Positions 1 to 5,901 of a stretch of 6,919 nt of DNA are shown here, one piece after another; the first letter of the stretch is position 1, and each line of letters begins with the position of its first letter. The DNA is from Promethearchaeota archaeon (GTDB lineage: Archaea; Asgardarchaeota; Hermodarchaeia; Hermodarchaeales; Hermodarchaeaceae). The DNA is taken from positions 1 through 6,919 of the forward strand of contig JBHLMI010000052.1 in assembly GCA_048938295.1 (NCBI GenBank), given 5' to 3'. The notes beneath the pieces are model-generated. The model was not told the DNA's origin, ran no database searches, and saw only the letters and a program-made list of their open reading frames with translations. The position numbers were made by a program, and so were the translations under genes.

Positions 1-785
1 ACAAGCCGACCAAGATTTGTCAACATCTTCAGTCCATTGTCATATGTTTGCTCGAAGCCGACAAAATCTACGACGACGTTTGCACCGTTATCACCCGTTA
101 TTTTAAGAACTTCACTGACGGGGTCCTTCTTGCCATCTACGACGTAATGCGCTCCGACCTTCTTAGCCATCTCTAGCTTTTCTTCGGTAATGTCTATGGC
201 TATGACGCTTGCTCCCATAGCGTTGGCTATTTGGATTGCAAATGAGCCTGTACCTCCTGCTCCATAAATAACGACGGTATCACTCGGTGTAACCTTTGCT
301 TTTCTCAACGCCCGATAGGATGTGACTCCACAACATGAGAGGGGCGCAACATCTTCTGGTTTTAAATCTCCAATATGAATAAGCGCCTTCTCTGGGACCG
401 CTATATATTCAGAATAGCCTCCATCTCTCGCAAATCCAATTGGTTCATTAAGTTTACAGGAATTTTCAAATCCAGTTTTACACAAAATACATGAACCACA
501 CGCGTAAGCCGCCCAGCCATCGATTAAAACTGGATCACTCACATTAAACGCGGTGACTTCAGACCCGATTTCATGTACTTTCCCAGCAATTTCATGGCCC
601 AAAATCCATGGGCGTTTTCCTCCAAACTTCTCAGTCGTTAAGTTTCCATGCGAGAGATGAACATCTGTATGACAAACCCCACAGGCCTGAATTTTGATTA
701 GGGCATCTTTTGGTCCTATCTCTGGGATATCTACTTCATCAAGTCTTAGAGGCTCCCTATAATTGTGTAATCTCATCGCTTTCAA
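1..785 (-). CDS. Zn-dependent medium-chain alcohol dehydrogenase (MDR/GroES-like), probably NAD-dependent; 3' end lies beyond the left edge
   Basis: Hand translation from TTG at 785: MKAMRLHNYREPLRLDEVDIPEIGPKDALIKIQACGVCHTDVHL...WILGHEIAG...CGSCILCKTGFENSC...PLSCCGVTS...VLFGAGGTG...IAIDITEEK. It has the catalytic-Zn motifs CHTD, GHE and a third Cys, the four-Cys structural Zn site, and a Rossmann GxGGxG followed by an acidic Asp. SD-like GAGGGA lies 5 nt upstream. The frame stays open to the window edge. Confidence 0.96.
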   Translation of the reverse strand, partial: MKAMRLHNYREPLRLDEVDIPEIGPKDALIKIQACGVCHTDVHLSHGNLTTEKFGGKRPWILGHEIAGKVHEIGSEVTAFNVSDPVLIDGWAAYACGSCILCKTGFENSCKLNEPIGFARDGGYSEYIAVPEKALIHIGDLKPEDVAPLSCCGVTSYRALRKAKVTPSDTVVIYGAGGTGSFAIQIANAMGASVIAIDITEEKLEMAKKVGAHYVVDGKKDPVSEVLKITGDNGANVVVDFVGFEQTYDNGLKMLTNLGRL

Positions 786-790
786 AATTA

Positions 791-796
791 TCCCTC
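791..796 (-). promoter_or_regulatory. SD-like ribosome-binding site (GAGGGA) for the dehydrogenase
   Basis: GAGGGA on the minus strand, 5 nt before TTG at 785. Confidence 0.6.
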
Positions 797-823
797 TGAG
801 TATTCGAAACTGCACCATAAGTC

Positions 824-832
824 TTATATAAA
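824..832. promoter_or_regulatory. Archaeal TATA box, probably bidirectional (TTATATAA palindrome)
   Basis: TTATATAA (824-831) is its own reverse complement. It lies about 40 nt from both divergent start codons (785 and 867) in an 81-bp intergenic region. Confidence 0.65.
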
Positions 833-855
833 TCGTACAGCCGAAAGTGGGAGCT

Positions 856-861
856 GAGGGA
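856..861 (+). promoter_or_regulatory. SD-like ribosome-binding site (GAGGGA) for the substrate-binding protein
   Basis: GAGGGA 5 nt before ATG at 867, with the same motif and spacing as for the divergent gene. Confidence 0.6.
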
Positions 862-866
862 AAATA

Positions 867-2327
867 ATGGCTCTCTCTCGAAATCAAATCATAGGAATAG
901 TTGCTATTGTTATCATTGTGTGTGCCACCGGTGGAGGAGCTTGGTATTATTTCTTCATATTAGCACCTCAACAGCCATTACCACCGAAAGAAAGTGTAAC
1001 GATTGGGTGTGCACTTTCACTTACAGGACCCTTTGGCGGTGGTGCAGCACTCCATCTAACGCCATATTACAACTGGATTGTCGACGAATACAATGCTTTG
1101 GGTGGACTCTACATACCGGAATACGGAACGCGTTTGCCAATAGAAATGACAATTGTGGACGATGAGGGCAATGTTGAGAATCTAATTTCGCAAACTGAAC
1201 GGTTCATTACAGTAGACCATGTTGATTTTATTTTTCCCCCATGGGGAACAGCAATGAATTTTGCAGTGTTTCCACTGTATCAGCAATATGGGTACCCAGT
1301 TGTTGCTTTAACAGTTGGAGCCGATGAAGCCGCAAGCCGAATTGAAAGTGGTGAATGGAACTATGTCTTCCTAACACTCGGTCAACCACATCATACAGGT
1401 AGCGTTATAGCAGATTACCTTTCGTACATCGATGAAAATATGACGTCACTGGATTCGGTAGGAATCATCTTCGTCGCTGACCAACACGGTGTAGAATATG
1501 GCGGGGCCGCATATAGTTACTTATACACTAGAGGCTTCAATATCACCGTCTATCAGAGTTATCCAATAAACGTTGCAGACTTCACCCCACTAATCAACCA
1601 GCTTAAATTCTGGGAATGCGATGTGATGTTCGCATCGAGCTATCCGCCAGATGGCATGTTACTTTTAGGTCAGTGCATAGCGCAAGATTATAGTCCAAAG
1701 GTTATGTTCTTCGGTCCTGGTATTGAAGTTCCAATGATCGTGCATGGACCAGGAGCATTTACAGATGAACAGACCATGGGAATTCACTTCTACGATGGCT
1801 ATCCGGCTACTGCTTATGACACACCGGAATTAGCAGCTTGGGCTGAACTGCATAATTCCACTCTTGGTTTCTATCCCTTCCCCGCATCAGCAACGTTTTA
1901 TGGAGGTCTTCAATGTCTTTTCCAGGCGATAGAGCAAGTTGGTCTTAATCGAGCACTAGTTAGGGAAGCCCTCGCTACCCAAACCTTCGACACCATTCTA
2001 GGAGACTATACGTTTGTAGCAGGTGAACATCCAGATATTCCTGGAACGGGATTACTATCCCAGTGGCAAGGTGGAGACATGATGGAAGTTGTGTGGCCAC
2101 TTGATGCCGCTTCAGCGTCTATAATCGCTCCGAAGCCTGCTTGGCCAGCACCCCCGGCTCCCACACTGAGTGCCCCTCTGCCCACGGGAACAGACTACCA
2201 ATTTGGTGGACAAGGTGCAGGCTTAGCGAAAGTTGGAAGCAAACCAGTTGCTGATCGATCGATGGATTTTGCCACGATGGCAATAGTGTGTCCGATGCTT
2301 TCATGGCGAATAACCTCAAGGGATTAG
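867..2327 (+). CDS. ABC transporter substrate-binding protein, type-1 periplasmic binding fold (LivK/HAAT-like), N-terminal membrane anchor; ligand unknown
   Basis: N-terminal hydrophobic helix IIGIVAIVIIVC. LivK-like motifs include IGCALSLTGPF, EYNALGG, IEMTIVDD, VDHVDFIFPPWGT, DFTPLINQLK, FDTILG and QWQ..EVVWP..PKPAW. It is followed by LivH/LivM permeases. About 60 extra aa follow PKPAW. Confidence 0.93.
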   Translation: MALSRNQIIGIVAIVIIVCATGGGAWYYFFILAPQQPLPPKESVTIGCALSLTGPFGGGAALHLTPYYNWIVDEYNALGGLYIPEYGTRLPIEMTIVDDEGNVENLISQTERFITVDHVDFIFPPWGTAMNFAVFPLYQQYGYPVVALTVGADEAASRIESGEWNYVFLTLGQPHHTGSVIADYLSYIDENMTSLDSVGIIFVADQHGVEYGGAAYSYLYTRGFNITVYQSYPINVADFTPLINQLKFWECDVMFASSYPPDGMLLLGQCIAQDYSPKVMFFGPGIEVPMIVHGPGAFTDEQTMGIHFYDGYPATAYDTPELAAWAELHNSTLGFYPFPASATFYGGLQCLFQAIEQVGLNRALVREALATQTFDTILGDYTFVAGEHPDIPGTGLLSQWQGGDMMEVVWPLDAASASIIAPKPAWPAPPAPTLSAPLPTGTDYQFGGQGAGLAKVGSKPVADRSMDFATMAIVCPMLSWRITSRD

Positions 2328-2352
2328 TAGCCATGAAGCTCCCCTTTTTTTT
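2297..2352 (+). terminator. Stem-loop plus U8 tract after the binding-protein gene (partial terminator or mRNA-stabilising element)
   Basis: TTCATGGC (2300-2307) and GCCATGAA (2330-2337) form a perfect 8-bp inverted repeat with an inner TAA-CCT/GGG-TTA stem. It is followed by GCTCCCC and T8 (2345-2352), and it spans the tandem TAG TAG stops. Confidence 0.6.
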
Positions 2353-2376
2353 GAAACACTACTGGAGGCATAATTC

Positions 2377-3231
2377 TTGATTGACATTCTCATCGGGGGC
2401 GCAATTTTAGGGGCAATATTCTCTCTGATAGCAGCAGGTCTTAACCTTCAATATGGGGTAACGCGAGTACTGAATATCGCTCATGGCGAGTTCCTAATGT
2501 TAGGTGCGTACATCACCTACGTTTGTTTCACTTCTTTTTTTATCACGCCGCTTTTTTCCCTTCCAATTTCCGGAATCATTATTTTTCTTGTAGGCGTCTT
2601 AATTCAGCTACTCGTTTTTCGCAGATTGGTTCATTTATCAAAAACGGGCGAAGAGCTTGAATTTAGATCACTCTTAGCTTCCTTCGGACTTTTATTCATT
2701 CTTCAGAATGTTGCTCTATTGATATTTGGTGCTACGCCACTAGGCTACACGTGGGCTAATTTACCTGTCATTATTTTTGGCTACTATTTTCAATTAAACA
2801 TGATAATAATTGCTATTGCAGCGATGTTCATTATCATAGGTGTCTATCTTTTTTTGCGCTTCACAAAGCTGGGTTTGGCAATGCGGGCAACTGCTGAAGA
2901 ACCTACTGGAGCTAAGCTTGTTGGAATCAACATTGATAGGATGCACGCCTTGTCGTTTGGAATAGGCGTTCTTTTATCTGCTTGGGCAGGCTCGCTATTG
3001 AGTGTGATTTATTTCATAACCCCTTTCATTGGTTCAGCCTATACATTCATCGCCTTAGTAATAATTATCATGGGCGGTATGGGCAGTTATCTTGGCAGCA
3101 TAGTAGGAGGATTTGTAATGGGTTACGTGTATTATATCACCTTGACAATTGATGCCCTCTTATCAATGGCAGTCGTCTACGTTTTCCTCATCATAATTCT
3201 TCTTAGACCAAAAGGATTTTTTGGGCGGTAA
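2377..3231 (+). CDS. livH: LIV-family ABC transporter permease, LivH-type
   Basis: TTG start with GGAGG at 2364-2368. Motifs GLNLQYGVTRVLNIAHGEF, TKLGLAMRATAE...AKLVGIN, IIMGGMGS..GSIVGG and RPKGFFG; multiple TM helices. The symbol is family-level only; the substrate is not established. Confidence 0.94.
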   Translation: MIDILIGGAILGAIFSLIAAGLNLQYGVTRVLNIAHGEFLMLGAYITYVCFTSFFITPLFSLPISGIIIFLVGVLIQLLVFRRLVHLSKTGEELEFRSLLASFGLLFILQNVALLIFGATPLGYTWANLPVIIFGYYFQLNMIIIAIAAMFIIIGVYLFLRFTKLGLAMRATAEEPTGAKLVGINIDRMHALSFGIGVLLSAWAGSLLSVIYFITPFIGSAYTFIALVIIIMGGMGSYLGSIVGGFVMGYVYYITLTIDALLSMAVVYVFLIIILLRPKGFFGR

Positions 3232-3233
3232 CG

Positions 3234-4283
3234 ATGCGAGAAATTACAACCGCAGATCTTCTCAAAATCCTTCCTTATGCAATAATCATTGTTATACTGA
3301 TACTAGCTCCCTTCTTCTTAACACTCTATCCTTTAGCAATATTACGAAATCTCCTCTTATGGTCGGCGCTAGCCATCAGTTGGTGGTTCTTCTCTGGCGT
3401 TACAAAGTATGTTTCACTGGGATCTGCAGCATTTTTTGGGGTTAGCGTATACATTGTAGCTATCTTCGGTGATTTCGTTCCATTCCCTTTAGTGATACTC
3501 TTTGCTGGCTTATTCTGTTTTGTTATCGCACTTGGTATCGGTTTAGTAACTTTAAGATTAAAGGGCATATACTTTGCGGTATTTTCCTTCGGGCTAGCGG
3601 AGCTTTTTAGAAACCTCGTTCAGTGGTGGGAAATCACGATAACGGGTACTCGCGGAAGAATCATTTTTTATCTTTCCTCTCAAACAACCTACTGGGCAGT
3701 ACTAATCATCACAATTTTAGTTTTTGTGATGATACTTTTTCTAAGGCGGGCTAGACTTGGTCTAGCATTACGGTTGATAGGTGAAAACGAGGAAGCTGCA
3801 GCTCATTTGGGCGTAAATGTCAGTTTGTATAAAACGTTAGGCTTTGCGATCAGTTCTATGTTTATGGGCCTAGTTGCAGCTAGCTACGCACCAAGGTTTA
3901 GGTTTATTGACCCGTCAATCGCCTTTAATCCTCTATACTCTTTGCAGCCTGCAATAATGGCGATGATGGGTGGAATTGCATTAATTTATGGCCCCATCGT
4001 TGGAGCAATTACTCTTACATTACTGAATGAGTTTCTACGCACCATCGCAACAGAATACTTCATGATTTTACTCGGTTTAATCGTAATCTTCATTGTTCTT
4101 TTCATGCCAAACGGAATCGCTGGAGTCATTGAAAAGACGTGGATAATATTAAAGAACGAAGGAGCCGCTGGCCTTATTGAGCATATGAAGAATGGAATAA
4201 CTGGATTCATTGAACGAGTGAAGAGCATATTACGGTTAGATAGAAAAAAGGCGTCATTTAAAGTCCCAAAAACGCCTCCTTAA
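3234..4283 (+). CDS. livM: LIV-family ABC transporter permease, LivM-type, with C-terminal extension
   Basis: Starts 2 nt after the livH stop. Motifs YVSLGSAAFFG, LRLKGIYFAVFSFG, RLGLALRLIGENEEAAAHLGVN, AMMGG...GPIVGA and FMPNGIAG. The symbol is family-level only. Confidence 0.94.
   Translation: MREITTADLLKILPYAIIIVILILAPFFLTLYPLAILRNLLLWSALAISWWFFSGVTKYVSLGSAAFFGVSVYIVAIFGDFVPFPLVILFAGLFCFVIALGIGLVTLRLKGIYFAVFSFGLAELFRNLVQWWEITITGTRGRIIFYLSSQTTYWAVLIITILVFVMILFLRRARLGLALRLIGENEEAAAHLGVNVSLYKTLGFAISSMFMGLVAASYAPRFRFIDPSIAFNPLYSLQPAIMAMMGGIALIYGPIVGAITLTLLNEFLRTIATEYFMILLGLIVIFIVLFMPNGIAGVIEKTWIILKNEGAAGLIEHMKNGITGFIERVKSILRLDRKKASFKVPKTPP
4244..4249 (-). terminator. Possible U6 termination tract for livG-livF, inside the livM coding tail
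   Basis: The minus strand reads TAA ATGACGCC TTTTTT just after the livF stop. U-tracts are the usual archaeal termination signal. Confidence 0.3.
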
Positions 4284-4962
4284 CCCGCTTGTTCTTTAGA
4301 AGCTCTTCGCCTTTTCCCTCCAAAGTAATTTTACCCGTTTCCATTACATATCCGCGATCAGCAAACTTCAAAGCGTAATGAACATTCTGTTCCGCTAGTA
4401 ATATACTGATCCCGTAATCCTTGAGCTTTTGTATGGTCTTGAAAATCTCCATTGTTAATTTGGGTGATAATCCTTGGGAGGGCTCATCTAGCATCAACAA
4501 CTCCGGACTAGAAGCGAGACCTCGTGCTATGGTCAACATCTTTTGTTCTCCGCCGCTTAGTGTCCTGGCAAGCTGATTCTCCCTCTCCTTCAATATTGGA
4601 AGGAGTTGGTAGATAATTTCAAACGTCTCCTCTCGTCTTGCCTTTGCTCTAGAAACATAAGCGCCTAAGTCGATGTTTTCACGTACTTTCATGTGTGCGA
4701 AAAGTTTTCTATCTTCTGGAACATATGAGGCTCCTAAACCTACAATCTTGTTGGGGGCTAAACCTTGAATCTCTCTTCCTTGAAAAAGAATGGTGCCAGA
4801 GGCTGGTTGTTGTAAGCCAGCTATGGTGCTCAAGAGGGTGGTTTTACCGGCTCCATTTGCACCAATTATGGCTATCGCTTCTCCCTTCTCGACGTTCATG
4901 GAGACATCCCAAAGTGTCTGTGATTTTCCTCGAAATACGTTTACGCTCTGCACCTCAAGCAT
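4258..4962 (-). CDS. livF: LIV-family ABC transporter ATPase, LivF-type (234 aa)
   Basis: Walker A GANGAGKT, signature LSGGEQ, Walker B LLMLDEPSQGL, then LAEQN and C-terminal VKEAFLG. I moved the start from 4986 to ATG 4962 (MLEVQSVNV): it has GGTGAGG just upstream and overlaps the livG stop (ATGCTTGA). Confidence 0.95.
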   Translation of the reverse strand: MLEVQSVNVFRGKSQTLWDVSMNVEKGEAIAIIGANGAGKTTLLSTIAGLQQPASGTILFQGREIQGLAPNKIVGLGASYVPEDRKLFAHMKVRENIDLGAYVSRAKARREETFEIIYQLLPILKERENQLARTLSGGEQKMLTIARGLASSPELLMLDEPSQGLSPKLTMEIFKTIQKLKDYGISILLAEQNVHYALKFADRGYVMETGKITLEGKGEELLKNKRVKEAFLGL

Positions 4963-5686
4963 GATCCTCACCCAGGTAGGCTTCAATCACATTGGCGTTC
5001 TCGGCAACCTCTTCGGGTGTTCCTTCAGCGATTTTTATGCCATGATCAAGTGCCATGATGCGATCTGCGGCTTCCATCATGACACGCATGTTATGTTCAA
5101 TCATGAAAAGTGTGGTCCCACCACTGTCACGTAGGTCCCGGACAATTTTAAGCATCTGCGTTAATTCAGTGGGATTTAAGCCAGCCATTGCCTCATCTAA
5201 TAGTAAGAGCCTAGGTTTCGTAGCGAGCCCCCTCACAATCTCAAGGAGTCGCTGCTCGAACGCTGTTAATCTGGCGGCAGGTATATCACCTTTCTCAGCC
5301 AGTCCTAATTTCGCCAATAATTGGGTGAGTTCTGATTCAATGTCGGAAAACCCTTGATCCTTGTGGCAACCAAAGCAAGCCGCGGCCATTACATTCTCAA
5401 ATACTGTCATATTAGAAAACGGCTTCGGTATTTGAAAAGTCCTCGCTATTCCTAACCTACAAATTTTGTGGGGCTTTAGACCAGTAATGACCCTCCCCTC
5501 AAACTTTATTGTTCCCGATGTCGCAGGGAGTGCACCAGATATCAGATTAAACAGCGTGGTTTTACCCGCTCCGTTAGGACCGATTAGTCCTAGTATCTCG
5601 CCCTCATTTACAGCAAAGTCTACATTGTTTAAAGCGATAAGACCGCCGAAGCGCTTTCTTATTCCTTCTCCTTCAAGCAACTGCAT
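4955..5686 (-). CDS. livG: LIV-family ABC transporter ATPase, LivG-type (243 aa)
   Basis: RKRFGGLIALNNVDF, Walker A GPNGAGKT, GIARTFQ, Walker B LLLLDEAMAGL, H-loop IEH and C-terminal VIEAYLG. ATG 5686 is preferred over TTG 5701 because of the upstream BRE/TATA position. Confidence 0.95.
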   Translation of the reverse strand: MQLLEGEGIRKRFGGLIALNNVDFAVNEGEILGLIGPNGAGKTTLFNLISGALPATSGTIKFEGRVITGLKPHKICRLGIARTFQIPKPFSNMTVFENVMAAACFGCHKDQGFSDIESELTQLLAKLGLAEKGDIPAARLTAFEQRLLEIVRGLATKPRLLLLDEAMAGLNPTELTQMLKIVRDLRDSGGTTLFMIEHNMRVMMEAADRIMALDHGIKIAEGTPEEVAENANVIEAYLGEDHA

Positions 5687-5708
5687 AGACGGTTCTTTCA
5701 ATTCATCA

Positions 5709-5726
5709 TCTATAAATAATTTCTTT
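5709..5726 (-). promoter_or_regulatory. Archaeal BRE + TATA promoter for livG-livF
   Basis: The minus strand reads AAAGAAA (5726-5720, purine-rich, BRE-like) directly followed by TTATTTATAGA. Canonical spacing puts the start site at about 5686-5689, next to the livG ATG. Confidence 0.6.
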
Positions 5727-5782
5727 GCATGCTTATTTTTTTTATCACGTTGCCATGACTCACCGCATGACGTCTTGAATAT

Positions 5783-5899
5783 TGTGACTGTCCAGAGCTG
5801 AGAATTGCCTCGGTCGAGTTCTATTAATTGCCAGCTACACTAGTATTGAACATGCAAGAGTGTAGCCTCCTCGACGACGAGAGCAACCTCTCAATCACA
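5783..5899. repeat. Long imperfect inverted repeat (hairpin H1); possible structured ncRNA or palindromic element
   Basis: Nested paired segments: TGTGA/TCACA (5783-87/5895-99), TGAGA/TCTCA (5799-5803/5889-93), TTGC/GCAA (5805-08/5883-86), CTCG/CGAG (5809-12/5878-81), GTCGAG/CTCGAC (5813-18/5870-75), GCTACACT/AGTGTAGC (5834-41/5859-66) and TTG/CAA. That is about 35 Watson-Crick pairs in 117 nt. Confidence 0.7.
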
Positions 5900-5901
5900 C
5901 T

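Noticed and set aside
920-1165. 81-aa alternative-frame ORF inside the binding-protein gene
   Set aside because: Fully nested in a well-supported CDS, with no RBS or recognisable motif.
2166-2231. Hammerhead ribozyme (CUGA...GAAA)
   Set aside because: The core needs CUGANGA but the sequence is CUGAGUG, and the stems do not fit the hammerhead topology.
2119-2334. 71-aa antisense ORF over the binding-protein tail
   Set aside because: No SD or promoter, no protein-like motif; most simply a shadow ORF of GC-richer palindromic sequence.
2297-2340. SECIS/PYLIS recoding element at the TAG TAG stop
   Set aside because: There is no in-frame UGA in the gene, two consecutive UAG codons argue against pyrrolysine read-through, and the GAA/A SECIS geometry is not matched.
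2157-2343. Transposon/MITE insertion with a GCTCCC target-site duplication
   Set aside because: The 6-bp direct repeat is present, but there are no terminal inverted repeats inside it and no transposase. Kept only as a minor note in the tail finding.
3221-4228. Short ORFs 3221-3445(+), 3326-3568(-), 3986-4228(-)
   Set aside because: Off-frame or antisense shadows of livM with no independent signals.
5711-5718. Plus-strand TATA (TATAAATA) driving an RNA through hairpins H1/H2
   Set aside because: There is no purine-rich BRE on the + side and a T8 tract sits at the would-be start; the minus-strand reading fits much better. Not excluded without RNA data.
4695-5801. Plus-strand ORFs 4695-4964, 4790-5134, 5055-5357, 5466-5801
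   Set aside because: Antisense shadows of the conserved ATPase genes, a well-known artefact for ABC ATPases.
5795-5802. GAGCTGAG shared between the two transporter promoter regions (also at 851-858)
   Set aside because: One non-palindromic 8-mer match between two intergenic regions of this size is expected by chance.
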